A DNA stretch of 50,403 nt from IMG/VR virus record IMGVR_UViG_3300021978_000181, positions 1 to 50,403 of that record, one strand, 5' to 3'. This document shows positions 33,957 to 44,228 of the stretch, one piece after another. This DNA comes from a virus (taxonomy: Duplodnaviria > Caudoviricetes). The notes beneath the pieces are model-generated. The model saw only the letters and a list, made by a program, of their open reading frames with translations. It searched no databases and was not told the DNA's origin. Both the position numbers and the translations under genes were made by a program. The stretch's first letter is position 1; the number at the start of each line of letters is the position of its first letter.

Positions 33957-34289
33957 ATGCAGATCATCAACAAGGCCAAGGGGCCGCGCATCATGCCCGA
34001 CGGCACCGAGACCGTGCCGGGCGCCATCGCCTCCGTGGCGGATGAGCTTTGGGAGAAGTGGAAGGTGGGCAACAAGGTGGTGCAGGGCTGGCTCAAGTCC
34101 GGCGCGATCGAGGAGGTCGCGGGCTCGGTTGTGGTTGCGCCGATCGTTGCCGCCGATGCTGCCAAGTCCGGCATCGTTGCGGCCGTGAGCGCCGCCAGCA
34201 AGCCGCCGGCCGCAAAGACCGCCGAGGCGAAGCCGGAGCCCAAGCCCGACGAAAAGCCGAAGGCGGCGACCAAGAAGGCCAACGCCTGA
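33957..34289 (+). CDS. Hypothetical virion-associated protein
   Basis: RBS AGGAG; K/A/P-rich tail; follows the capsid gene. Confidence 0.65.
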   Translation: MQIINKAKGPRIMPDGTETVPGAIASVADELWEKWKVGNKVVQGWLKSGAIEEVAGSVVVAPIVAADAAKSGIVAAVSAASKPPAAKTAEAKPEPKPDEKPKAATKKANA

Positions 34290-34657
34290 TGAGCTACGAC
34301 GTCCCGTCCGCTGCCGACTTCAAAGAGCGTCATCCGACGTTCGCCTCGGTGGCGGACGCGACGGTGACGTTGATGCTCGCCGAGGCCTCGCGATCTGTTT
34401 CGACCGAGTGGAGCGAGGCGGACTATGGCGATGCCATCCTGTACTTGGCAGCCCATCTGATCGCCGAGGAGCAATCCGGCGGCGGTCTCAAGGCGGCCTC
34501 CAAGGTCGGCCCCATCGCCAGCGTGAAGGCTGACACCGTGTCGATCAGCTACGCCAAGGCCACATCTGAGGGTGACGCCAGCCTCAACGCCACGATCTAC
34601 GGCCGACGCTTCCTTGCGCTGCGCCGCCGCAATTCTCCCGGGGTTCTCGTCGTATGA
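34289..34657 (+). CDS. Head-tail adaptor (DUF4054)
   Basis: FKERHPTF...YLAAHL...VSISY...TIYGRRFLALRR. Confidence 0.8.
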   Translation: MSYDVPSAADFKERHPTFASVADATVTLMLAEASRSVSTEWSEADYGDAILYLAAHLIAEEQSGGGLKAASKVGPIASVKADTVSISYAKATSEGDASLNATIYGRRFLALRRRNSPGVLVV

Positions 34658-35022
34658 CGCTGCTTGCCGAGATCGGCGAGGCGCTGCGCGATGCGTTCTC
34701 CGATGACGTCTTCACGCCGGCAGCCCTACACGTCGGGACCGCCACCATCGGCGAGTTCGGTGAGACCACGATGACGTGGGTTGACCACGACGGCGCCGGC
34801 TTCATCTCGCGATGGGATGCAGAGACCATGGCGGCCCGTGGCTACGACGCGAACACCGCCAAGGTGGTGCTGGTGCAGTCGACCACGCTGCCCAAGCCCA
34901 AGCTGGGCGATGAGGTGACGGCAACGCGGCCGATCACGCTGGAAACGGAGCGCTACCGCGTCACCGACGTGTCGAGCGATCCGGCTGATGCGACGTGGCA
35001 GGTGGCGGGGGTGAAGCTCTGA
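34654..35022 (+). CDS. Head closure protein
   Basis: Position; C-terminal DPADATW. Confidence 0.7.
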   Translation: MTLLAEIGEALRDAFSDDVFTPAALHVGTATIGEFGETTMTWVDHDGAGFISRWDAETMAARGYDANTAKVVLVQSTTLPKPKLGDEVTATRPITLETERYRVTDVSSDPADATWQVAGVKL

Positions 35023-35474
35023 TGGCGCCCCCGAAATTCACCAACGTGCGCCAGCTCAATGAGAAGCTCGGCCGCATCAGCAATCGCACGCGCGATGAGG
35101 TCAAGCGCGCACTGCGCCGGGGCGCGTTGGCGATCGAGAACACGGCTGTGGAGGGCATCATCAGCCCGCCCAAGACGGGGCGCGTCTACAAGTCGAAGCA
35201 CCGCAAGGGCGCTACGCACCAGGCCTCGGCGCCGGGTGAGTACCCGGCGGCAGACAGCGGCGAGCTGCACCAGTCGATCACGCACACGGATGCCTCGGGT
35301 GGCGATCGTCTGCGCTACGAGATCGGAACCAACACGCCGCACGGCACCTACCTTGAGCTCGGCACATCCAAGATGGCGCCGCGCCCGTTCATGGGGCCGT
35401 CCTACGACAAGAACGAGGGCAAGGTGAAGGGCGACGTCCGTGCTGCTGTCCGCCGCGGAGCGCGCTCGCGCTGA
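35022..35474 (+). CDS. HK97 gp10-like neck/tail completion protein
   Basis: HQASAPGEYPAADSGEL...LELGTSKMAPRPFM. Confidence 0.85.
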   Translation: MAPPKFTNVRQLNEKLGRISNRTRDEVKRALRRGALAIENTAVEGIISPPKTGRVYKSKHRKGATHQASAPGEYPAADSGELHQSITHTDASGGDRLRYEIGTNTPHGTYLELGTSKMAPRPFMGPSYDKNEGKVKGDVRAAVRRGARSR

Positions 35475-35671
35475 TGGTCGCCTTTCGCTTCGACCGCGAA
35501 TTCCGCCATTGGGTGCGCAAGGCGCGGGCCAACTGTGTCCTATGCAAGGCAATGCACCTGATCATCTACCGGCCGGGGACGACCGAGGTTGACGAGGAAA
35601 CGGCCGCTGCCGCCGCTCAGGCGGGGGTAGGAGCGCCGCTTGAGAATTTCGGGGGGCAAGGCACCCCATGA
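35474..35671 (+). CDS. Hypothetical protein
   Basis: Coupled small ORF. Confidence 0.5.
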   Translation: MVAFRFDREFRHWVRKARANCVLCKAMHLIIYRPGTTEVDEETAAAAAQAGVGAPLENFGGQGTP

Positions 35672-36075
35672 GCAAGGACGCCACGCTCGCGCTCTATAAG
35701 GCCGTCCGCGCCGCCTTGATCGCAGACGCCGAGATCGCCTCGCATGTCGGCACGCGGGTGAGCACCGATTGGGGCGCCAGCCTGGAGCCGCCTTGCATCC
35801 GGCTTTCGTCCCGGGTCGTTCGCCAGTTTGAGGACGACTGCGGCGATGGCTCGGAATACGCGATCAACGTGCATGTGTTCGCGCAGGAGAGCGGGCCGGT
35901 GATTTCACAGCAGATCGCCGCCCGCGTGCGCGAGGTGCTGCAGGACAATGAGCTTGCCGTCGACGGGGCCGACCTGTGGTGGTTCGACTACGACAACACG
36001 CTGCCGTCACAAGACCCCGATGACCCGACTTTGAGAATGGCCGTTGTTGCGTTCCGGGCCGTTACGACCACCTGA
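35668..36075 (+). CDS. Tail terminator (DUF3168)
   Basis: AVRAALIAD...V...P...DC...HVF...AARVREVL. Confidence 0.8.
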   Translation: MSKDATLALYKAVRAALIADAEIASHVGTRVSTDWGASLEPPCIRLSSRVVRQFEDDCGDGSEYAINVHVFAQESGPVISQQIAARVREVLQDNELAVDGADLWWFDYDNTLPSQDPDDPTLRMAVVAFRAVTTT

Positions 36076-36092
36076 GCTAGGAGAACGCCGCC

Positions 36093-36539
36093 ATGGCCAA
36101 GCCGACGACTGGAACCATCTCGAAACTGCAGATCCTCGTAGGCGACGGGGGCAGCCCCGAAACCTTCGCGATCACGTGCGGCCTTACCACCAAGGGTGTG
36201 CAGCGCACGGCGCAAACCAACTCGACCCCGGTGCCCGACTGCGCCGATGAGGACGCGCCGGCTTATGAGGAGAAGGCCGTCAACACACTGTCGGTGACCA
36301 TCTCCGGCTCCGGTGTTTGGGCGGCTGAGAACCATGGCGTGTTCATGGACTGGTTCTATTCCGGTCTGGAGAAGAACGTGAAGGTGCGCCACCTCAACGC
36401 CGCGCCTGGGACGCCTGAGTACGAGGAAGGCCCCGCCCTACTCACGCAGCTCAACAACGCGGTGAACCGCGGTGAGAAAATCTCGGCCGACATCACCATT
36501 GAAATGAGCGCCATGCCGACGCTGGTGAACGCCGCCTGA
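36093..36539 (+). CDS. Major tail tube protein
   Basis: GDGGSPETF...CGLTTK...PDCAD...SVTISGSG (GTA/TP901-like). Confidence 0.85.
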   Translation: MAKPTTGTISKLQILVGDGGSPETFAITCGLTTKGVQRTAQTNSTPVPDCADEDAPAYEEKAVNTLSVTISGSGVWAAENHGVFMDWFYSGLEKNVKVRHLNAAPGTPEYEEGPALLTQLNNAVNRGEKISADITIEMSAMPTLVNAA

Positions 36540-37021
36540 TGACCAACCTCAAGGCCGAGGCAACGACCGAGTGGGCGGATGGGACTTACACCTTCCGCCT
36601 GCCGGTCGATCAGGTGCTTGAGCTTGAAGCCAAGTGCGATGCGCCGATCACCGTCATCGGCTATCGCCTGGACTCCGGCACCTACTCGCTCAAGGACGTG
36701 CGCGAGACGATCCGGCTCGGCCTGATCGGCGGCGGAAAGACGCCGGTCGAGGCGGTGAAGCTGGTTAAGCAGTACGTCGATGCCCGCCCCATCGCAGAAA
36801 GCTGGCCCATTGCTCGCGTCGTCGTGGGGGCGGCGCTGTACGGGTTTTCCGAGGCACCCCTCGGCGAGGGCGATGATGAGGGAAAACCGCAGGCGGCGCC
36901 GACGGAGGACAGCCAAAGCGCCTCGACGCCGCCACCGTCTACGCCAATGCCGCACTCATACCGTCCCTCTCGGTTGAGAGCCTTGGTCGAATCTCGCTTT
37001 GGCAATACGCAGCAGCCGTAA
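36539..37021 (+). CDS. Tail assembly chaperone (gpG-like; GTA gp10-like)
   Basis: WADGTYTFRL...ELE...ETIRLGLIGGG. Confidence 0.85.
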   Translation: MTNLKAEATTEWADGTYTFRLPVDQVLELEAKCDAPITVIGYRLDSGTYSLKDVRETIRLGLIGGGKTPVEAVKLVKQYVDARPIAESWPIARVVVGAALYGFSEAPLGEGDDEGKPQAAPTEDSQSASTPPPSTPMPHSYRPSRLRALVESRFGNTQQP

Positions 37022-37131
37022 GCGGCTGGAACCAAGCCCACAAGACGGAAGACGACGCCCCGCCGGCCATGTCCGATGCGGAGTTCGATGAGATCGCGAG
37101 CATGCCATGGCCTCAGAAGTCGAACGCCTGA
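36880..37131 (+). other. -1 programmed frameshift site and gpT-like extension
   Basis: G GGA AAA at 36880-36886; -1 frame open to TGA 37129-37131, encoding ...SLWQYAAAVSGWNQAH...MSDAEFDE. Confidence 0.8.
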
Positions 37132-39302
37132 TCGTTGCGCTCGATGCGAACATCGAGCCGTACCGGCGCAAGCTGCGCCAGTCGCAGGCGGAGACCAACA
37201 CCCGCCTGCGCGGTGTCGAGCAGCGCTATGGCGCGGCCACGGCGAAGATCGGCAAGCAGTCCGACGTCATGGGCAGCAAGATGACCCGCGCCTTTCGGGG
37301 TGCGGCGACGTCGGCCACGCTCATCCACGGCCCGCTGTCGGGCATTGGCTCGCGCGTGACGGCGATCTCCGGCTCGATCAGCCGCGGCAACGTGGCGTGG
37401 GCCGGCTTTGCCGTGGTGCTCGGCGGCGTCACCTACACGGCCTACCAGGCGCTTGAGGCGTTTCAGAAGTTCGAAACGCAATCGCTCGTGCTGGAGCAGG
37501 TCCTGCGCGCCACCGGTACGGCATCAGGCAAGACGGCTGAGGACCTGGAGCGGCTGGCACAGTCGATCGCGCTCAACACGCTGGCGTCGACCGAGGGTGT
37601 GCGCGCAGCCGCCGCGCAGCTTCTCACGTTCCGCTCGATCTCCGGCGAGGCCTTCGACCGCACCTTGAGCCTTGCGCAGGATCTCGCGGCTGTCGGGTTC
37701 GGCTCTATTCAGCAGGCCTCCGTGCAGCTCGGCAAGGCGCTTGAAGACCCGGTGCAGGGCCTCGCATCCCTTCGCCGCGTCGGTGTCTCGTTCTCGGAAT
37801 CGCAAAAGCAGGTCATCAAGTCTCTGCTCGAAACCGGCAAGACGGCAGCGGCGCAGGAGAAGATCCTCGACGCCATCGAGAAGCAGGTCGGCGGCGCGGG
37901 CGCCTCGGCGGCCGGCGGGCTTGCCGGTGCCTACGACACGCTTTCGCAAGCCACCGACAACCTGCTCGTGAAGTGGGGCGAGCAGATCGCAGAGGCGATC
38001 AACCTCAAGGCCTCGATCCTCGGCGTGGCGGATGCCTTCAAGGCCCTGCAGGATGCCACGACGACTACGGACCCCTCGCAGGAGCGCCTCAACGAGATCA
38101 ATGAGAAGGTCGCGCGGTTGCGCGCGCTGATCCCGAACTCCGGCCGCGCGCGTGTTGCGATGGAGCAGGAACTACGCGAGCTGCTCGCCGAGCGCGCCAC
38201 GCTGCAGATCTATCTCATCGGCTTGCAGGCGAAAGAGGAGGCGGCCGCCCGGAAGGGCGTGGAGGCGCAGAAGCAACTGGACCGCGAGCGGGCCGAGGGC
38301 GTCCGCGACGTACTCAGGGAGGAGGAGAAAAAGTCCGGCATCCTCAAGATCCAGCGCCGCATCATCGAGCAGCTCGGAAAGGCTGGCGTCGACGCCGAAA
38401 GCGCAATCGGGAAGGAGATCGTAAACACGATCCATGCCATCGAGCGCGCCGATCTTGCGCTAAAGAACCGCCTCGCCACGCAGGCGCAGCTTGCCGAAAC
38501 GCAGGCGCAGATCGACAGCCTCGGCCGCAGCGATCAGGAGGCCGCCTATAGGTTAGCGCTCGAAGGCCGATTGAACGAGGCGCGCGCCGCCGGCATCGAG
38601 CTGACCAAAGAGGACATCGCGCTGATCGAGCAGCAGACGGCCGCCATCACCAAGGCGGAGGCCGAGCGCGAGGCCCTGTTCAAGGCCTATGAGGAAGTCG
38701 CAAGCCAGAGCAAGGAAACCCTCGGCCAGTTCATCAAGGACATGAAGGACGGCACCAGCGCAACCGAGGCGCTGGGCAACGCGCTGGACGGCATCGCCAA
38801 CAAGCTCATCGACATGGCGACCAACGATCTCGTGGAGATCGCGCTCGGCGGGATTACGGGGCGTGGTGGCAACCCCACGAGCGGCGGTTTCGGCGCAGCG
38901 GTTGGCGAGATCTTGGGCCTCGCCGGCGGCGGCATGGTGCAAGGGCCAGGAACCGGAACCTCAGACAGCATCCCGGCCCGCCTCTCTGATGGCGAGTACG
39001 TCGTCAATGCGGATGCGACACGCAAGTACCAACCCCTCTTGGAGGCAATCAATGCGGGCAAGGTGCCGGGCTTTGCCGCCGGTGGACCGGTCAACGTGCC
39101 CAACGTCTCAATTCCTGCCGTGGCGACACCGTCGCAGCCGGTCAGCGTGACGGTTGCCCCGGTCTTCAATGTCGAGAATGGCACTCCCGAGGGCGTCGAC
39201 AAGATGCAATCGGAGGTGACGCCGAGGATCCGCCAGATCGTGCAGACCGAGGTGGTGCAACTGTTTGAGCGCAAGTCGCGCTTTGCCAAGACGGGCATCT
39301 GA
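37107..39302 (+). CDS. Tail tape measure protein
   Basis: 731 aa, helical and Ala-rich; QLGKALEDP, GPGTGTSDSIPARLSDGEYV. Confidence 0.9.
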   Translation: MASEVERLIVALDANIEPYRRKLRQSQAETNTRLRGVEQRYGAATAKIGKQSDVMGSKMTRAFRGAATSATLIHGPLSGIGSRVTAISGSISRGNVAWAGFAVVLGGVTYTAYQALEAFQKFETQSLVLEQVLRATGTASGKTAEDLERLAQSIALNTLASTEGVRAAAAQLLTFRSISGEAFDRTLSLAQDLAAVGFGSIQQASVQLGKALEDPVQGLASLRRVGVSFSESQKQVIKSLLETGKTAAAQEKILDAIEKQVGGAGASAAGGLAGAYDTLSQATDNLLVKWGEQIAEAINLKASILGVADAFKALQDATTTTDPSQERLNEINEKVARLRALIPNSGRARVAMEQELRELLAERATLQIYLIGLQAKEEAAARKGVEAQKQLDRERAEGVRDVLREEEKKSGILKIQRRIIEQLGKAGVDAESAIGKEIVNTIHAIERADLALKNRLATQAQLAETQAQIDSLGRSDQEAAYRLALEGRLNEARAAGIELTKEDIALIEQQTAAITKAEAEREALFKAYEEVASQSKETLGQFIKDMKDGTSATEALGNALDGIANKLIDMATNDLVEIALGGITGRGGNPTSGGFGAAVGEILGLAGGGMVQGPGTGTSDSIPARLSDGEYVVNADATRKYQPLLEAINAGKVPGFAAGGPVNVPNVSIPAVATPSQPVSVTVAPVFNVENGTPEGVDKMQSEVTPRIRQIVQTEVVQLFERKSRFAKTGI

Positions 39303-39955
39303 TGGCGCTATCGTTCCCCAGGGCCTTCCCGCTGGATGGCTGCTTCACAGACGATTGCACGTTCGACCTCGACCGCCCGCAGAGCCACAGCCCCACCGGT
39401 GGCGGCTCGCCGGACGTCGCCGAGATCGGCCCGCCGCTTTGGGTCGGAGAATGGCGCACGCGCCCGCTGTCGCGCGCCGAGTATGCCGAGTGGGATGCCT
39501 GGCTGACGTCGCTGCGCGGCGGGCTAAGGCTGTTCAAGGGCCGCCCTAACAGGCAGCGCTGGCCGCTCGCCTACCCGCGCGGGTTCGCCGGCCTCACGGT
39601 CGATAGCAATCCGTTCTCAGGCTCCGGCAACCTCGACAGCATCGGGGCGGGTCGTGACACGGTGACGATCGGCGACCTGCCGGCGAGCTTCGTTCTTGCG
39701 GCTGGCGACTGGTTCTCGATCCCGGGCGCCTCGCGGCAGCACCTTCACAGGATTGTCGAGGGGGGCACCGCATCGGGGCTAGGCGTCGTCACCGTGACCT
39801 GCGAGCCGATCATACGGCCCGGCATCACAGCTGACATCGCCGTGCTGCTCGATGCCCCCTATTGCGAGATGAACATGCCGGAGCGGCACAGGGCCATCCG
39901 TCATCCGGTGAAGGGCGGGCAGATCAGCTTCAAAGGCCAACAGGTCCTCATCTGA
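39302..39955 (+). CDS. Distal tail protein
   Basis: Position after tape measure; W...AWLTSLRGG. Confidence 0.7.
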   Translation: MALSFPRAFPLDGCFTDDCTFDLDRPQSHSPTGGGSPDVAEIGPPLWVGEWRTRPLSRAEYAEWDAWLTSLRGGLRLFKGRPNRQRWPLAYPRGFAGLTVDSNPFSGSGNLDSIGAGRDTVTIGDLPASFVLAAGDWFSIPGASRQHLHRIVEGGTASGLGVVTVTCEPIIRPGITADIAVLLDAPYCEMNMPERHRAIRHPVKGGQISFKGQQVLI

Positions 39956-40542
39956 TGCTGACGCTCCCCTCGCAAGTCATCGACCTGCTGAACAGCGGGC
40001 GCTTCTCGCTGCGCTGGCTGGTGCGGTTCGATCTGGACGGCGGGGCGGAGGGGCTGTGGAACGATACCTATGCGGTCGAGGTGGATAGCGTCACGTACAA
40101 TCCGACTGCCGGGAATATGACGCTGGATGCGCTCGACGTGTCCTCAGCGCTTGACGCCGATCAGCTTCGCATCACGCTTTCGGGGTTGCAGCCGTCGATC
40201 ACGAGCATCCTTGGCGGTGTCGACTGGCACCAGCGGCCGGTGACGGTCTACCTGGCGTTCCTGACCGATGCCGGCGCCATCCTGCATTACATTCCGCGGT
40301 TTTCCGGGTTCCTCGACAGCCTCGTCATTCAGGACAGCGCGGACGGGCTGGCGACGATCGAGGCCATGATCGAGAGCAACAACCGCGAGCTCAACCGCTC
40401 CAGCGGCCGGGTGCGGTCGGATGCCGATCAGCGCTCCGTGTCGTCCGGGGACGGGTTCTTCAAATACGCAACCGCGGCAAATACCGATGTCGAAATCGCC
40501 TGGGGCCGCAAGGGGCCACAGTATCCTGTCCGCCCCAAATAG
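39955..40542 (+). CDS. Tail tip/hub protein (DUF2163-like)
   Basis: ITLSG...FSGFLD...RSDADQ...GDGFF...WG. Confidence 0.7.
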   Translation: MLTLPSQVIDLLNSGRFSLRWLVRFDLDGGAEGLWNDTYAVEVDSVTYNPTAGNMTLDALDVSSALDADQLRITLSGLQPSITSILGGVDWHQRPVTVYLAFLTDAGAILHYIPRFSGFLDSLVIQDSADGLATIEAMIESNNRELNRSSGRVRSDADQRSVSSGDGFFKYATAANTDVEIAWGRKGPQYPVRPK

Positions 40543-40951
40543 GCGCACCCGCCCCGCCGATTGGCCCAAGCGCCTGCGCGGCGTGATCGCGCGCCACCGG
40601 GCGGCGCCGTTCGCTTGGGGCGACAGCGACTGCGCCATGCTGTTCGCCGAAGCCGTCGAGGCCATGACCGGATACAACCCGATTGCCGACGGCGGGACCT
40701 ACACGACGCGCATAGGGGCCTTGCGAGGGCTCAAGAAGCTCGGATTTGACAGCGTGCTCGATCTTGTCGCGGCTAGGTTTGTCGAGATCCCGCCGGCGCA
40801 CGCGATGCGGGGCGATCTGGGGTTCGTCGCCGAGGTCGACCCACTGTCAAGCCCGGCCGTGATTGACGGGGCGGTGGCGCATTCCAAGCGCGATGATGTG
40901 GGGCACGTTCTTGTCCCGCGCGGTCATATCGTTAGGGCCTTCGCCGTCTAA
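40487..40951 (+). CDS. NlpC/P60-like tail protein (DUF6950-like)
   Basis: DWPKRL...PFAWGDSDC...AVEAMTG...RGD; start uncertain. Confidence 0.7.
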   Translation: MSKSPGAARGHSILSAPNRRTRPADWPKRLRGVIARHRAAPFAWGDSDCAMLFAEAVEAMTGYNPIADGGTYTTRIGALRGLKKLGFDSVLDLVAARFVEIPPAHAMRGDLGFVAEVDPLSSPAVIDGAVAHSKRDDVGHVLVPRGHIVRAFAV

Positions 40952-43476
40952 TGGGGTTCATCGTCCCGGCCATCGCGGCCGCGATCGGCCTCGGCACGGT
41001 CGGAACCGCAGTCCTGCAGATCGGGGCCGCAATCGGTCTCGGCTTCCTTGCTCGCAAGCTGGCGCCGAAGCCGAAGGCCGCCGCATCTGCGGCGCGCGAG
41101 CGCGGGCGGCTGCTGCAGCTTGAGATCGACACCAACGCGGCCCGCAAGGTCATCTTCGGGCGCGCCGCAACGGCCGGCAGTCTCGTCTACTGGCAGACTA
41201 CGGGGACCGACAACCGGCTCCTGCAGATGGTCATCGCGATCGCGGACCATGAATGCGAGGGGTTGGTCGAGCTTTGGGTCGACGGCAAGCTGAGGGAGTG
41301 GAATTCCGAGACGGGCGTGGTCGCCGGCTATGACGGCAAGCTCAAGGTCCGGTTTTACAACGGGACCGCCGACCAGACCGTCGACACGGCCGTGCGTGAC
41401 GCCTCGGGCGGACGCTGGACGGACGACGAGACGGGCGCCAACGTCTGCTATGCCGTCGTCGAGGCCACCGCCGATGATGCGGTGTTCCCCGGCGGCATTC
41501 CGCAGATCGTCTTCGTGGTCGATGGGGCCAAGCTCTACGACCCGCGCCTCGACGATACGGTCGGCGGCGACGGCGATCACCGGTGGGACGATCAGTCGAC
41601 GTGGGAGTTTTCGGACAACTCGGCCGTAGCGATCTACAACGTATTGCGTGGGTTCTCGGCCGGCGGAAAGCATCTGCTCGGCCTGAATGCTCCTGCAGAC
41701 GCGGTGCGGTTATCGGACTTCGAGGCCGCAGCCAACGCCTGCGATGAGGATGTGGGGCTCGGCGGGGGCGGCACGGAAAAGCGCTACCGCTGCGGGTACG
41801 TTGCGGAGGTCTCGGGACTTCCTAACCGCGAGACGCTTGAGGCCCTGATCGCCTCCATGGCCGGCGACGTGATCTGCTCCGGCGGCATTTACCGCATCAT
41901 GGCGGGCGTTGCGCGGTCACCCGTTGCCACGCTCACCGACGACGACTTGATCATCGACGAGCCGTGGTCGTCGGAGCCGCGCCGGCCGCGCAGCGAGCTG
42001 ACCAACGCCGTAATGGGGTCGTTTGCCGACCCGGAGCGGTCATACAACATTGTCCCCCTGCCGCCGCGCACGTCGAGCGCTGACGAGGCGACGGACGGCG
42101 GTATAAGGCTCGCGCAGGCACTCGACCTGCCGGCGGTGACGTCGCGCACGCAAGGCCAGCGGATCATGGAGATCGCCCGCAAGAGGGCACGACGTCAGAT
42201 TCGGGCGCGGGGCACGCTCAGGGCGCGGTGGTTCGCGCTGGAGCCGGGCGATTGGGTGACATTCACGTCGACGCGGCGCGGCTATGACGGGGTGGTGTTC
42301 GAGATCGACAGTGCGCGGGCCGAGCCGACGCTGAAGTCGACCGTCTCCCTGTCGGAGACCGACGACGGCATTGACGATTGGAATGGAGCAGAGGACGAGC
42401 TCGACGACGAGACGGCCTCGGACCTCGCGGCGGCGGGGCCGACGCTCAACTCGGTTTCGGGGTTCAATCTGACGGCCATCACGGTTGCGGGCGACGGCGA
42501 TGCGCAGATGCCGGGCCTGCGCGCGACGTGGACGGCGATCACCGATCCCACCGTCGTGGCGATCCGCATCGAGTACCGCAAGCAGGGCGACACGGTGGCG
42601 CTGGAGCGACGCGTTGAGGACCCGTCTGCCGGGCAATACAGCTGGATCGAGGGTATTCAGGGCGGGCTTGTCTACGAGGCGCGCGCGATCCCCGTCACGC
42701 AGCCGCAGCGCAGTGTCGAGTGGACAAGCTGGGATGCGGCCGGCGGCAACACGGCGACACTGAAGGTTGACGCCGCAGTTGCCTCTGAGGTGGCGCCGGA
42801 GAGCATCGGAGCGGACGAACTCGACGCGCAGACACTGTTTGAGCTGCGCCTGGCGACGGCGATTGCCTCGGTTCAGGGCTCGGTTGCCGAACAGCTGGGG
42901 GCGGCGTTTGGTTGGGCGCAGGACGTCGGCGAGGCGGCGCTTTCGGCCCTTGTGGACGGACAGAACAACAGCGCGCAGATCCTCACCGAGCGCACGGAGA
43001 GGGTCACGGCAACCTCGGCGCTCGCGCAGCAGATCACGACGGCGATCACTGCCATCAACGGCAACACGGCCTCGATTTCGGAGATCATCGAGAGCGTCGA
43101 TGGCCTGAGCGCACAATGGGGCGTGGCCATCAACATCAACGGCGAGGTAGTGGGACTCGTTCGCTTGGATGGCGACGCCGATGCATCACAGTTCACCGTG
43201 GTGGCAAACAAGTTCTCGATCGCCCATCCCGACGTTGGGGGAGGGACGCCGGTTCCGGTGTTCACCGTTGGTGACGTCGGCGGGGAGACCAAGGCCTATA
43301 TCGCCGGCGAGTTGATTGCGGACGCGATTACCGCAGGCGACGTGAGCGTTGAGACGTTGTCGGCGATCTCGGCCAACCTCGGCGAGGTGACGGCCGGGCT
43401 CCTGAGATCCGACGATAACCTGTTCCGCATCGACCTCGACAACAAGACCATTGTGATCGAGACGTCTGACGAATGA
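40951..43476 (+). CDS. Central tail tip/host specificity protein (gpJ-like)
   Basis: GAKLYDPR...W...N, RYRCG, LEPGD, C-terminal FTVVANKF...LSAISANLG. Confidence 0.85.
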   Translation: MGFIVPAIAAAIGLGTVGTAVLQIGAAIGLGFLARKLAPKPKAAASAARERGRLLQLEIDTNAARKVIFGRAATAGSLVYWQTTGTDNRLLQMVIAIADHECEGLVELWVDGKLREWNSETGVVAGYDGKLKVRFYNGTADQTVDTAVRDASGGRWTDDETGANVCYAVVEATADDAVFPGGIPQIVFVVDGAKLYDPRLDDTVGGDGDHRWDDQSTWEFSDNSAVAIYNVLRGFSAGGKHLLGLNAPADAVRLSDFEAAANACDEDVGLGGGGTEKRYRCGYVAEVSGLPNRETLEALIASMAGDVICSGGIYRIMAGVARSPVATLTDDDLIIDEPWSSEPRRPRSELTNAVMGSFADPERSYNIVPLPPRTSSADEATDGGIRLAQALDLPAVTSRTQGQRIMEIARKRARRQIRARGTLRARWFALEPGDWVTFTSTRRGYDGVVFEIDSARAEPTLKSTVSLSETDDGIDDWNGAEDELDDETASDLAAAGPTLNSVSGFNLTAITVAGDGDAQMPGLRATWTAITDPTVVAIRIEYRKQGDTVALERRVEDPSAGQYSWIEGIQGGLVYEARAIPVTQPQRSVEWTSWDAAGGNTATLKVDAAVASEVAPESIGADELDAQTLFELRLATAIASVQGSVAEQLGAAFGWAQDVGEAALSALVDGQNNSAQILTERTERVTATSALAQQITTAITAINGNTASISEIIESVDGLSAQWGVAININGEVVGLVRLDGDADASQFTVVANKFSIAHPDVGGGTPVPVFTVGDVGGETKAYIAGELIADAITAGDVSVETLSAISANLGEVTAGLLRSDDNLFRIDLDNKTIVIETSDE

Positions 43477-43931
43477 CGACGCTGCGCTTCAAGGCTGACG
43501 GGTCCGACGGTCGCGTCGCGATATACACGGGCGCAGACGATGACCCGTTCGACGAGCCGCTCGACAACCTGTCGCGCGTCTTGTTCCACTCGGAGCTGCT
43601 CTATCCCGCAATCATCAGCGAGCAGTCCGGCACGCTCAACCTGCCGTCCCGGGGGGCGAACTCGGAAACGGTCGCGTCGCATACTCTTTTCGCGCACGGC
43701 CAATCGGGGACGCCTCTCGTCATTGGCTACGCCACGCTAGACAGCACTCGGGTGCCCCTGGCGGGATCGGTGCCGGTCCAGTTCAATGCTCGTGGGTGGG
43801 CGCGCTGGATCGCCCTTGGCGCCGACGGGACAAACGTCAAAATGGCCGAGAGCTGTTTCACGCAACTTGGCAGCGGCTTTGGGGGCATCAGCGTTCCGTG
43901 GGTCGCATACGTCTTGGATGTGACAATCTGA
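43473..43931 (+). CDS. Tail tip-associated protein
   Basis: Coupled to the gpJ-like gene; VLFHSEL. Confidence 0.6.
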   Translation: MTTLRFKADGSDGRVAIYTGADDDPFDEPLDNLSRVLFHSELLYPAIISEQSGTLNLPSRGANSETVASHTLFAHGQSGTPLVIGYATLDSTRVPLAGSVPVQFNARGWARWIALGADGTNVKMAESCFTQLGSGFGGISVPWVAYVLDVTI

Positions 43932-44224
43932 TGCCAACCGAACGCCTCTACATCGACACCCTGACGTTTCGGGCGGGCCCCTTCGATTCCACCAAGCGCT
44001 ACCTCCGGGCCGGCGCCTCGGCGTCCACCTTCCCGCTTGTCCGCGGCAAGACGGTCAACGTGAGCCTGGTGAACCAAGGCAGCTACATCATCGTTGCCCT
44101 TCGCTATGGCGTCGCCGGGTACACAAGGACCACCAACTACAGCGTCGGCGGAACGACGCCGGGATCGAGCGTTCCGGTGAATGGTGGAAGCTTCAACGCA
44201 AACTATTCGCTCGTCACGACCTGA
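43931..44224 (+). CDS. Hypothetical tail-region protein
   Basis: TGATG-coupled, beta-rich ORF. Confidence 0.55.
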   Translation: MPTERLYIDTLTFRAGPFDSTKRYLRAGASASTFPLVRGKTVNVSLVNQGSYIIVALRYGVAGYTRTTNYSVGGTTPGSSVPVNGGSFNANYSLVTT

Positions 44225-44228
44225 CCCG

